From Candidatus Bathyarchaeota archaeon (GTDB lineage Archaea > Thermoproteota > Bathyarchaeia > TCS64), in assembly GCA_963771885.1 (NCBI GenBank), contig CAVYVF010000023.1:256001-320000 (forward strand): a stretch of DNA of 64,000 bases. Direction: 5' to 3'. Positions within the stretch are counted from its first letter, which is position 1, and each line of letters begins with the position of its first letter. A model generated the notes under the pieces. The model made no database searches and was not told the origin of the DNA. It saw only the letters and a program-made list of their open reading frames with translations. Shown one piece after another: positions 40,187 to 49,193 of the stretch. A program made the position numbers and the translations under genes.

Positions 40187-41911
40187 GTGACGTTTCCTTC
40201 CCGCCTCGTGATGGTCGCATCCGTCCTCGCCGCGACGAGCGTCACGGGGGCCGCGAGCTTCACACTCGCGATGGGCTGGACGGCGGCGCGGCAGGGTTTC
40301 ATTTTCGGCCTCCTCGGACTCGCCGTGCCCCTCATCGCATCCGACGTGCTAACGGGGCTGTTCTACAGGGACGACCCCCTCCTTTCGCCGAGGCGTGTGA
40401 ACATAGTGTCTTTCGTCTGGAGCATCGCCGGTGGCGCCTTACTAGTGGCTGTAGGGGCGATCGCCGGCTTCCTTGATGCACCCGACCTACTCCTGCGGGG
40501 CATACTCCTGACGATATACTCCTCGGCCTCACTTCGTTTTCTCATCTACGCCGTCTTCTCAACCCGCGGAGCCGGGAGGACAGCGTTGGGTATATCCATC
40601 CAACCGGTACTCCTCGCTGCGGTATCATACATGCTCATACCCTCCATCTGGGAGGCGCCGCCATTCGTCATCGTGGCGGTACTGGGACTGACACTGCTCG
40701 GCCCCGCGATTTTGTTGATCCAGATCAGGAAGTGGGTCTTCGGCGATGGCTCGATAAAGATAATCCCTCTCTTCCGGGCATTTATCTACGCTTGGGCTGA
40801 GCAGCACAGTGAGCCCCTTGAGGAGCAGCTCGCCGCCGTATCGGAGACGGCGCGACTTGAGATCGATGAGTTGACGTTCACGGACTCGTCCGGGGCGTCC
40901 GTAGGGAGTCTTGTCGCCCCATATATTCACCCTGGCCCCTTCAGGAACGTCGGTAGCAGCGGCCTGAGCCTCTCACTCACGGAGGGACTCGGGGAGGGGG
41001 CGGTCGTAATCCACGGCGTGTCAAGCCACGAGAAGGACGTAACACGCAGTGACGATATAGCGAGACTGGTCTCAGCTGTGATGTCTGCTGAGAGAGGAGC
41101 CGCGTCTCCAACCTGCACGCCGATGGCACTCGCCGAGGTCGAGGGAGCAAAAGCGTCCTGCCAGATATTCGGTGAAGCCGCCGTATTCACCCTCACGCTC
41201 AGCCCTAAGAGCCACGACGACATACCCGACGCCGCGAAGGACCGCATAAGGGAAGCTACATCGACCCGCGGACTTGTGGCGGTCGTCGCCGACGCCCACA
41301 ACTGCTTTAATCACGACGACCTACTCGATGACGCTGATATCGAGAACCTCGTCGCTGCCGCCGCGACGGCGCTGGAGAAGGCTTTGAGTCTACCAAAGGC
41401 GCACTTCAGGGTTGGCGTCGCGCGTGTGCGCCCCGAGGAGTGGGGGCTTAACGAGGGCATGGGCCCCTGCGGGATCGCGGTCGTCATCATTGAGACGACC
41501 GTAGGAAAGAATGCCTACATCGTCTTCGATACTAACAACATGATCCCGGGCTTCCGCGAGGAGATACTCACCCACGTTTCCAAACTCGGCTTCTACTCCG
41601 AGGCGATGACCTCGGATACGCACCTCGTGAACGCGATAGGCGCCACAGACAGGGGTTACCATCCCGCTGGCGAAGTTATGGATCACAGCAGAGTGTTATT
41701 TTACATCGATGAGTTACTCAAAGTGGAGACGGAGCCGGCACAGGCGGCTTTCACTCGTGTCGTCGTGGACGGAGTGCCGATTATTGGGCACAGGGGTATA
41801 GAGCTGCTCAGAGGGGTGGTGAAGACGAGTTTCAGGGTCTTCATAAGGACCGCCGCCGCAGCGCTCCCTCTGACCTTCCTTGCCGCCATCGCCGTGGCCC
41901 TTCTCGCCTAG
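40187..41911 (+). CDS. DUF2070 family membrane protein (start may lie about 50 nt upstream)
   Basis: N-terminal TMs; HPGPFRNVGSS, DAHN, DTNNM and TSDTH motifs. Confidence 0.85.
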   Translation: MTFPSRLVMVASVLAATSVTGAASFTLAMGWTAARQGFIFGLLGLAVPLIASDVLTGLFYRDDPLLSPRRVNIVSFVWSIAGGALLVAVGAIAGFLDAPDLLLRGILLTIYSSASLRFLIYAVFSTRGAGRTALGISIQPVLLAAVSYMLIPSIWEAPPFVIVAVLGLTLLGPAILLIQIRKWVFGDGSIKIIPLFRAFIYAWAEQHSEPLEEQLAAVSETARLEIDELTFTDSSGASVGSLVAPYIHPGPFRNVGSSGLSLSLTEGLGEGAVVIHGVSSHEKDVTRSDDIARLVSAVMSAERGAASPTCTPMALAEVEGAKASCQIFGEAAVFTLTLSPKSHDDIPDAAKDRIREATSTRGLVAVVADAHNCFNHDDLLDDADIENLVAAAATALEKALSLPKAHFRVGVARVRPEEWGLNEGMGPCGIAVVIIETTVGKNAYIVFDTNNMIPGFREEILTHVSKLGFYSEAMTSDTHLVNAIGATDRGYHPAGEVMDHSRVLFYIDELLKVETEPAQAAFTRVVVDGVPIIGHRGIELLRGVVKTSFRVFIRTAAAALPLTFLAAIAVALLA

Positions 41912-41991
41912 CGCTTCGGCGGTAAGTACTCCCACGTGCGGCAACCGTCACTCCTTTTATCCTAGGTGGAGCAGACTAGACCTCGAAGAGG

Positions 41992-43338
41992 GTGAAGTGG
42001 TTGAGTTACCCGAAGATCGTAGTCACGCCTCCAGGTCCTAAGGCGCAGAAGGCCGTCGCAAGGGACCAGAGGTACATCTCCCCCTCCTTCGGCAGGGCTT
42101 ATCCCCTAGTCGTTAAGGAGGCGAAGGGCTGTATAGTAACCGATGTCGACGGTAACCAGTTCATCGACATGAACTCGGGCCTCGCCGTCATGAGCGTCGG
42201 ACACAGCCACCCCAAGGTCTTAAAGGCGATCCACGAGCAGACGGATAAGTTCCTCAGCTACAGCTACACAGACTTCTTTTATGAAAACTACCTAGATCTC
42301 GGCGAGCAACTCCACAGCATCGTGCCTGGGAACTTCGAGAAGAAGTTCTTCATGGGAAACAGCGGCGCTGAAGCGAATGAGGCGGCGATAAAACTCTCAC
42401 GCTGGCACTCGAAGCGACAGCTCATCCTCGCGTACATAAGTAGCTTCCACGGACGCACAATGGGCGCCGTCAGCCTAACGGCTAGCCGCCCGGCTCAGCG
42501 CCGATACTTTCACCCACTCGTACCCGGTGTAGAGCATATCTTCTACCCATACTGCTACAGGTGCCCATTCCACCTAGAGTGTCCAAGCTGCGACTACTAC
42601 TGTGTAGACTACATCGAGGAGTACCTTTTCAGTAAATTCGTGCCACCAGAAGAGGTTGCGATGCTCATCGCAGAAGCGGTGCAAGGCGAAGGCGGATACA
42701 TCGTTCCACCTGCGGGTTACTTCAAGAAGCTCAAGAAATTACTTGATAAGTACGGCATACTCTTCGCGGTCGATGAAGTGCAGTCGGGCATGGGCAGGAC
42801 GGGAAAGTGGTTCGCTATAGAGCACTTCGGTGTCACACCCGACATCGTCACAATCGCCAAGGCCATTGCCGCGGGCCTCCCGTTGGGCGTCATGGCCTCA
42901 CGGGCTGACCTACAGGACTGGACCCCTGGCAGCCACGCATCCACGTTCGGGGCGAACCCCGTTGCCTGCGCTGCGGCAAACGCCGTTATCAAGGCGATGA
43001 AGGAGGAAAAGATGCTCGAGAACGCCACAAAGCAGGGCATACACATCATGAAGAGGCTCAACGAGATGAAGGAGAGCCACCCCATGGTCGGTGACGTTCG
43101 CGGACTTGGCCTCATGTGCGGCCTCGAGTTGGTCAAGGATAAGAAGAGCAAGATCCCCGCCAGCCAAGAAACAGAGGACGTGATGATGGACTGCTTCAGG
43201 AAGGGCATCGCCGTCGTCAACTGCGGGAAGAGTGTCATACGCCTCATGCCACCGCTCGCCATCACGCAGGATCTAGTTGATAAGAGCCTCGACGTCCTCG
43301 ATGCGAGCATAGGCGTGATGGAGAAGGCCCACAAATAA
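41992..43338 (+). CDS. Class III aminotransferase (4-aminobutyrate/acetylornithine type)
   Basis: NSGAEANE, FHGRT, DEVQSGMGRTG, AKAIA and STFGANP motifs. Confidence 0.92.
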   Translation: MKWLSYPKIVVTPPGPKAQKAVARDQRYISPSFGRAYPLVVKEAKGCIVTDVDGNQFIDMNSGLAVMSVGHSHPKVLKAIHEQTDKFLSYSYTDFFYENYLDLGEQLHSIVPGNFEKKFFMGNSGAEANEAAIKLSRWHSKRQLILAYISSFHGRTMGAVSLTASRPAQRRYFHPLVPGVEHIFYPYCYRCPFHLECPSCDYYCVDYIEEYLFSKFVPPEEVAMLIAEAVQGEGGYIVPPAGYFKKLKKLLDKYGILFAVDEVQSGMGRTGKWFAIEHFGVTPDIVTIAKAIAAGLPLGVMASRADLQDWTPGSHASTFGANPVACAAANAVIKAMKEEKMLENATKQGIHIMKRLNEMKESHPMVGDVRGLGLMCGLELVKDKKSKIPASQETEDVMMDCFRKGIAVVNCGKSVIRLMPPLAITQDLVDKSLDVLDASIGVMEKAHK

Positions 43339-43355
43339 CCGGGCACTCCAACAGC

Positions 43356-44333
43356 CTACTTTTTCCTCTTAACAAACTCGGCAACGGCAGCGAAGCTGTT
43401 CCTCAATCTTTCAGCAAGAGGCCTACCAGGTATCTTCGACCTATCAAAGATCCCCATGAGGCCCTCCGGCTGAAGGAACAGAACGAGAACGACGAGCACC
43501 ATGGGGAAGAGCGACTCGTAGGCGAAGATGTCTACCCCCACGAATGTGACGCCGAGGGCGGTGAATATCTTCTGGGAGGCGACGACGAGAACGCCCCCAA
43601 CGATGGCTCCCGCAACCGTGTTAAGTCCACCTAAGACGCTGCCAGTCATTACGAGTATGAGGAACTGATCGTTCGCGTCGAGTCCCGTGTATCTCCAAAG
43701 GGGAATTAGCCCGCCCGCCAGCCCCGCAAGCAGACCCGTGATAAACCAGCTCAGGAGGTGTATTCCCTCAACGTTGACGCCTAGGCTGGAAGAGAGGGTC
43801 TCGTCCTCGGCGACCGCCCTGAAGGCTATGCCCTGCTTGACACGTGTAAGGAAGAACCATAATGAGAAGACGAGGAGTAGGCACGTCGGTACTGCGACAA
43901 GAAGCACGCCGGGGTAACCTTCCCACGTGAAGTCGCCGCTGAAGAAGTAAAAGCCGCTAGTTGGGGCACGCATCTCGTAGAGGTACCAGTAGCTGTAGAT
44001 GTTGATGAGACTGGCGAGGACCTGCGCCATAACGAAGAACGCGAAGGTAAGGGTGATCTCCCGCGCTCCCGTCGCCTTTATCGGGCGTACAACGAGCCTG
44101 TAAAGCCCCAACCCGAGCAGCCCACAGAAGAGCATCGAAACGGGGATCGCTCTGTAGGGATCGAAGCCGCTGAACTTCACTAGGGTGAAGGAGACGACGG
44201 TTCCGACTGTAGCAAACGCGGCGTGGGCGAAGTTCGGGAACTTCTCCATCATGTACGTGAAGGTGAAGCCGACGCAGAGGATGACAACAACACTGACTTG
44301 GATCAGCGTGCTGACGGTGAGAGGGGAGAGCAT
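43356..44333 (-). CDS. Branched-chain amino acid ABC permease (LivH-like), orphan
   Basis: PNFAHA, GIAFRAVAED..L..SLGVN, VLGGL and PEGLMG motifs. Confidence 0.88.
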   Translation of the reverse strand: MLSPLTVSTLIQVSVVVILCVGFTFTYMMEKFPNFAHAAFATVGTVVSFTLVKFSGFDPYRAIPVSMLFCGLLGLGLYRLVVRPIKATGAREITLTFAFFVMAQVLASLINIYSYWYLYEMRAPTSGFYFFSGDFTWEGYPGVLLVAVPTCLLLVFSLWFFLTRVKQGIAFRAVAEDETLSSSLGVNVEGIHLLSWFITGLLAGLAGGLIPLWRYTGLDANDQFLILVMTGSVLGGLNTVAGAIVGGVLVVASQKIFTALGVTFVGVDIFAYESLFPMVLVVLVLFLQPEGLMGIFDRSKIPGRPLAERLRNSFAAVAEFVKRKK

Positions 44334-44457
44334 TCTCACCTTCCCCCCACGATAACGTCCACTAACACAGGAAGGCGCAGAACCCAGACCGAGCACGCGT
44401 CTCGCTTGTTGACCATCGTTCAATAATGCCTTTGGCAACAACCATATTAAAGCCTTA

Positions 44458-44470
44458 TGAACATTGTTCA
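44458..44470. promoter_or_regulatory. Putative TetR operator TGAACA-T-TGTTCA
   Basis: Perfect inverted repeat between an AT-rich TATA-like box and the TetR start. Confidence 0.65.
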
Positions 44471-44482
44471 ACAGTGGTGTGT

Positions 44483-45019
44483 TTGGCGGCGTATACGCGC
44501 GACGCGGAGGCCAAGAAGAGGCAGATACTGGATGCCTTCGCCGACCTCGTTAGGAAGAAAGGCTACCCCACTATCACCATGCGCGATATAGCAGACGCTG
44601 CCGGCGTTAGCGTCGGCATCATCTACAGGTACTTCCCCGCCGGTAAGCCCGAGGTGACGAGCAAGCTCTACGAGAGCTATCTCCTTACAACTACCCCATC
44701 CGAGATAGATCCAGACACCCCTGGGACCCTCGAGGAGGAAATACGCCGCCATATCAAGACCCATAGGGATAACGCAGCCCTCTACAGGGCCTTCGATGTC
44801 GCAAACCTTGAGGACCACGACATCTTCGCAGGGAGCAAGAGGACACGCGACGCCGTCCTTGCCGAAAGGTACAAGGACAATAAGAGGCTCAGGAGGATAT
44901 CGCTGAACTACGCTATAGTGGACGCCATCGTCCACAGGCACGTACTCCTAGAGAAGATAACAGAGACGGATGAGGATCTGGTCCAGTTGCTCGTCGGGCT
45001 CTTTCTGCCTACTTCTTGA
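44483..45019 (+). CDS. TetR/AcrR family transcriptional regulator
   Basis: ILDAF..L..KKGY..ITMRDIADAAGVSVGIIYRYF motif. Confidence 0.9.
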   Translation: MAAYTRDAEAKKRQILDAFADLVRKKGYPTITMRDIADAAGVSVGIIYRYFPAGKPEVTSKLYESYLLTTTPSEIDPDTPGTLEEEIRRHIKTHRDNAALYRAFDVANLEDHDIFAGSKRTRDAVLAERYKDNKRLRRISLNYAIVDAIVHRHVLLEKITETDEDLVQLLVGLFLPTS

Positions 45020-46532
45020 GGACAGTTATCTTCGTGAACTGGGTGCTCGTCACCTGCATGAGCCCGTCGAAGGGCTCGCGGATGTTGCAGTTCTCAAGCC
45101 TTATGCGGGCTCCTGCGGTGAGGCCCTCAACGGCCTTGCCGTGATCCCTCCAGAGGCTTATACGCGCCTCTCCTGTGCCGTCGTCGACACGGAAGCTAAC
45201 CACATTGGTCGGCCCCCTCATCGTGTTCACCTCGCGGCTGATCGGGTCGTCGAGCAACTGACCTTCAATAGTTATGTTTTTTGTGCCTTCACGCAGGTCC
45301 TTGATCTGTGTGACGCGCTCCGAGGCGTCCACCATCTCAACCATGACGCCGTCGGGGTTGATCTTCATGGCACCCATTCGACCCACGTTCAAGTCGATAG
45401 TGTTCCCGAATCCGGCGCGCGTGTAGCCATTCTCCACGGCAACGACCGTGCCAATGGGCATGTCGCCGAGGGCGTTTACATCATCGTCCCAGAGGCTTAG
45501 GCGTACAATGCCCGTCTCGTCCTCTAAGACAACGGAGGCTACTCGCCCCTTCGTGCCGTCTTTCCTCGTGAACTCGCGTGGCTCGTTGACGCTCATCACC
45601 CTGCCGGCGACGCTGACGCTGCGCATTCCGTCACGTAGCTCGCCGATCTTCGTCCACATACTGAGCGGCTCATGTGGGAGGACGCCCTCCTCTAGGACCT
45701 CGACTTCGCTGCTCCTGTTAAGGTGGACTTCAAAGCCTCCTCCTTGACGGACTTTAGAGTTGGCGCCGATGATCCGGACACGTGTGCCGTCGCCCCACTT
45801 GGCGGCTTCGTCCACTTTCTCGTCCCAGAGGACTGTGGTTATCTGTCTGCCACCCTCCTCGAGTGTGAGTCGGGCGACCTTGCCCTCGGTACCGTCCTTC
45901 CTGCTGAAGGTTGAGGGCTGGGACCTGCCCATGATTACTCCCTCGACGTTGACGGGGCCCGTGGAGCTTACCTGCCCCGGAGATTTGAAGAAGGAATCCA
46001 TCTTGGGGAACTCGGAGTCGGTGACGTCGAGTGGCTCCATGTAGACGGTACCCCTGTTGCCGACGTTGACCTCGATCTCTCCGGTCCCCTGCCTCTCGCG
46101 GCTGTAGCCATGGAGAACCCTGATGATCTTGCCCCTGCCGACCTTGCTAGCGACTACGTGGTCCGCCTTATCATCCCAGAAGACGACGGCGACGATGCCC
46201 GTGGTATCCCCGATTAGCATGCGTAGCACCTTGCCCTGTCTGCCGTCGGCGCGTTGGAAGGTCCGGGGGGGCAGAAAAACATGCAGAACACGCCCCGTGA
46301 GGCTGACGTCGTTGAGCCCAGAGGTGAGGGCACCTATTTTGAGCTTGGCCTCAATGCGCTCCCCGGCGCCGTCCATGCCGAGGCTAGATGCCACGAGGTG
46401 CGCCGCGGCCTCGTCGGTGAGGAGCCCTGCAGCCTTCGCCTTCTCCTCCTGTATGAGGCGCTCAACCGCCTCACGTGTAAGGGTCGGCTTCGTAGCAAGA
46501 ATCCTCTTTATGACGTCCTCAGTGGCGGACAT
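45009..46532 (-). CDS. rpa: Replication protein A (multi-OB-fold ssDNA-binding protein)
   Basis: N-terminal GLLTDEAAAHLVA domain and four OB folds (F.R.DG..GKV, DETG..RLSLWD). Confidence 0.9.
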   Translation of the reverse strand: MSATEDVIKRILATKPTLTREAVERLIQEEKAKAAGLLTDEAAAHLVASSLGMDGAGERIEAKLKIGALTSGLNDVSLTGRVLHVFLPPRTFQRADGRQGKVLRMLIGDTTGIVAVVFWDDKADHVVASKVGRGKIIRVLHGYSRERQGTGEIEVNVGNRGTVYMEPLDVTDSEFPKMDSFFKSPGQVSSTGPVNVEGVIMGRSQPSTFSRKDGTEGKVARLTLEEGGRQITTVLWDEKVDEAAKWGDGTRVRIIGANSKVRQGGGFEVHLNRSSEVEVLEEGVLPHEPLSMWTKIGELRDGMRSVSVAGRVMSVNEPREFTRKDGTKGRVASVVLEDETGIVRLSLWDDDVNALGDMPIGTVVAVENGYTRAGFGNTIDLNVGRMGAMKINPDGVMVEMVDASERVTQIKDLREGTKNITIEGQLLDDPISREVNTMRGPTNVVSFRVDDGTGEARISLWRDHGKAVEGLTAGARIRLENCNIREPFDGLMQVTSTQFTKITVLKK

Positions 46533-46593
46533 GGCTGTAACGCCCCTAACTGAGAATCGGAGCTATAAAAGTGCGTTTATGGCCTAAGTTCGT

Positions 46594-46713
46594 TTACTGC
46601 TTCTTATCCTCGGGCTTCGAAATGAGGACGTAGACGACGCCGAGGACTATGACCGCCGTAGAGAGCACCCATGAGAGGTCAACGAGGATCGTATAGTAAC
46701 TGGCGATGTCCAT
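46594..46713 (-). CDS. 39-aa single-TM small protein (below the ORF-track cutoff)
   Basis: MDIASYYTILVDLSWVLSTAVIVLGVVYVLISKPEDKKQ*; fills the gap between the SWIM gene and rpa. Confidence 0.55.
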   Translation of the reverse strand: MDIASYYTILVDLSWVLSTAVIVLGVVYVLISKPEDKKQ

Positions 46714-46749
46714 ACCGATCATAGATGTTGAGGGCGAGGGTATTTAGGC

Positions 46750-47169
46750 TTAGTCTTCCTCTGCGCGGACCTGGGCTCGCCACTCCCCGGTGAGTAATCT
46801 GTACGCCTCGTCCTCCTCATCGACCCTGTCGTAGTTGCCGAGGGCGTCGGCAATCCTCTGGCCGAGGAGGTGGTAGCATAGTCCCGCCTCGCCGTCCACG
46901 ACGCGGAAGTAGAAGTCGTCGCAACCGCAGTAACCAGCTGTCGGGTATATCTGGTACTCCCCGCCCTGGCCGACAACCACCCACGTCACCCTTCCCGATG
47001 GGCGGAACGTGTACCTCTTTACACGCCTCTCCTGCACAAGGCGCCACGCCTTATCGAATCGGTCCCCAAATGTGCCCTTGAGCCTCTCCCAGTTGCTGCG
47101 GCTAAGCTGCCTCTCCGTGCGCACCTCGTCTAGCACACGCTCAAGGATGAGGCGCTCCTCGGTCACCAT
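46750..47169 (-). CDS. SWIM zinc-finger protein
   Basis: YCGCDDF...CYH SWIM motif. Confidence 0.85.
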   Translation of the reverse strand: MVTEERLILERVLDEVRTERQLSRSNWERLKGTFGDRFDKAWRLVQERRVKRYTFRPSGRVTWVVVGQGGEYQIYPTAGYCGCDDFYFRVVDGEAGLCYHLLGQRIADALGNYDRVDEEDEAYRLLTGEWRAQVRAEED

Positions 47170-47261
47170 TCGGGATCAGGGGTATTCCACGGCACGCCTT
47201 TTCACGGTTGCGGAAGGGAACCGGTTTAAATCCGGCGGGCAGAGGAGGTTTCAGGGATCCC

Positions 47262-48101
47262 TTGATACGCCTGCTCACCCCCTGGCCCGCGCTGCTGGCG
47301 GACATAGGCGAAAGGGTACTCATCGTGGCCGACCTCCATATCGGACTAGAGTACGAGCTGAGTAAGGCAGGCGTGAACATCCCCTACCAAACAGAGCGCA
47401 TACAAGGGGAACTCGTAGCACTCTGCAAAGAACATAAGCCGGATCGACTCGTTATCGCCGGTGATGTGAAACACGGCGTCCCAGTAACCAGCTTCCAGGA
47501 AAAACGTGAGCTGCCCCGACTCTTCGAGGTGTTGCGAGAAGTCGTTTCAAAGATCGACGTGACCCGAGGCAACCACGATGGAAACATACAGGACCTCGCC
47601 ACCAAGGAGGTGGAGATACACAGTAGCAAGGGCATAATCCTTGGCGACGACTTCAAGATCGCCGTCTTTCATGGCCACGCCTGGCCAAAAGCGAAGGCAC
47701 TAGAGGCTGACTGTCTCATAGCGGGGCATAACCATCCCACGGTGCTCCTTCGCACACCCCTAGGCATCAGGATGGTGCAACGGGCATGGGTCAAGGGCGT
47801 CGCCGAGCCCGAGAAGCTTGCCAAGGCTTTCCTGGAACAGGACGCCGTCAGGTATGAGGGCAACCCGGTTACAGCCTTCAACGACAACTATGAAGCAGAG
47901 ATCGGTGCCCCTGAGATGATACTCATGCCCACCTTCAACGACCTCCTCGGTGGCCTACCCGTAAACGGCGAGGCACCACAGAGCCTTTTAGGCCCCATGC
48001 TCAGGAGGAACGCAATAAACACAGAGGACTTCGAGGTCTTCCTCCTCGACGGCACGTTCCTAGGCAGGGTAGGCTTCCTGCGCGAGCTGAACGCGCGGTA
48101 G
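47262..48101 (+). CDS. Calcineurin-like metallophosphoesterase (ICC-like)
   Basis: ADLHIG, GDVKH, GNHD, HGH and GHNHP motifs. Confidence 0.9.
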   Translation: MIRLLTPWPALLADIGERVLIVADLHIGLEYELSKAGVNIPYQTERIQGELVALCKEHKPDRLVIAGDVKHGVPVTSFQEKRELPRLFEVLREVVSKIDVTRGNHDGNIQDLATKEVEIHSSKGIILGDDFKIAVFHGHAWPKAKALEADCLIAGHNHPTVLLRTPLGIRMVQRAWVKGVAEPEKLAKAFLEQDAVRYEGNPVTAFNDNYEAEIGAPEMILMPTFNDLLGGLPVNGEAPQSLLGPMLRRNAINTEDFEVFLLDGTFLGRVGFLRELNAR

Positions 48102-48289
48102 GTTCAGATATATCTATCAGGCTTTTCCAAGGGAGCCCGTGGGAGAAATTGCTGCATCGAAGTTAAACCAGCCTCATGAAGCACAGATTTTTGATCTACC
48201 GATAATACTAGTCGAGGACTGATGGAGACCTCGACGAGGTGTGCGCCGAGGCGCACTTATGACGACGCCATTAGAAGCAGGTGGATGAG

Positions 48290-49192
48290 CTAGGCAAGCA
48301 GCCTGCCGAAGACCTCGCTGCAGAGGTGGCACTTGTTCACGTAGACGCCCTTAGGCGGCCCATTGAGTAGCCCTATGGGTCCTTTCTCGCTTAGAATATT
48401 GAACACATCGGCATCCCACGCCTTGTCCAGCATCTCACCAAGCTCAAAGTCATCGAGTTTACCTAGACTGAATCCGGGTATCGTCGCCGAGGCGGAACAG
48501 CATGGGAGCACCTCGCCGCTCGGCTTCACGCCCAGGTCGCGGAGCACGGCCTTACACCCACCTGTGAGAGGGGAGGCTTCGGGGTGCCACTCTCCCCGGG
48601 GCAGGGACGCGCCTCTACCGACGGGTGTGAAGCCCGATTCGATCCCGATGGCGGCGTGGCCGTCCATCTCACCCGGCGGCGGAACCTCGTCCCCGAGTTT
48701 AGTAGCGATGTCCGCGAGTCGGGAACTCCCACAGCTCAATGCAGACATCACAACCATCTTCAGCCCTAACCGCTTCGCGGCGGCGTAGACGTGCCCGACC
48801 CTCTCGAAGGGGACATAAGCCTGGTGGAAGTCGTCAGCGCTTATGTTCACGACGTCCAGCCCGGCGTCTCTGAGGACCCTCAGCGTGTCTGACGCCTTTT
48901 CGTGCGACTCGGCCCAGTTACAGTTGGTGACAAGCTCGGTCCTAAGGCCCCGCCCCGAGGCATAGGCGACGAGGTTCTCGACAAGTGAGGGGTAGAGCAT
49001 CGGCTCGCCCCCCGTAAGGCTAATCCATTCCACCCCCGCTCTCGACACCTTATCCACGTAGTCGTACGCGTTGTAGCTACTGATCGTCGCCGTCTTCTCG
49101 GGGCCGCAGCTGAACCAGCAGTGGGCGCAGGAAGCGTCGCACTGCTCCGTTAGTATTAACCCGACCCTGAATGGCTGGAGGCGGACAGGCAT
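48290..49192 (-). CDS. Radical SAM protein with SPASM/twitch-like domain
   Basis: CDASCAHC, TGGEP, C...PCC and CHLC motifs. Confidence 0.9.
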   Translation of the reverse strand: MPVRLQPFRVGLILTEQCDASCAHCWFSCGPEKTATISSYNAYDYVDKVSRAGVEWISLTGGEPMLYPSLVENLVAYASGRGLRTELVTNCNWAESHEKASDTLRVLRDAGLDVVNISADDFHQAYVPFERVGHVYAAAKRLGLKMVVMSALSCGSSRLADIATKLGDEVPPPGEMDGHAAIGIESGFTPVGRGASLPRGEWHPEASPLTGGCKAVLRDLGVKPSGEVLPCCSASATIPGFSLGKLDDFELGEMLDKAWDADVFNILSEKGPIGLLNGPPKGVYVNKCHLCSEVFGRLLA

Positions 49193-49193
49193 C

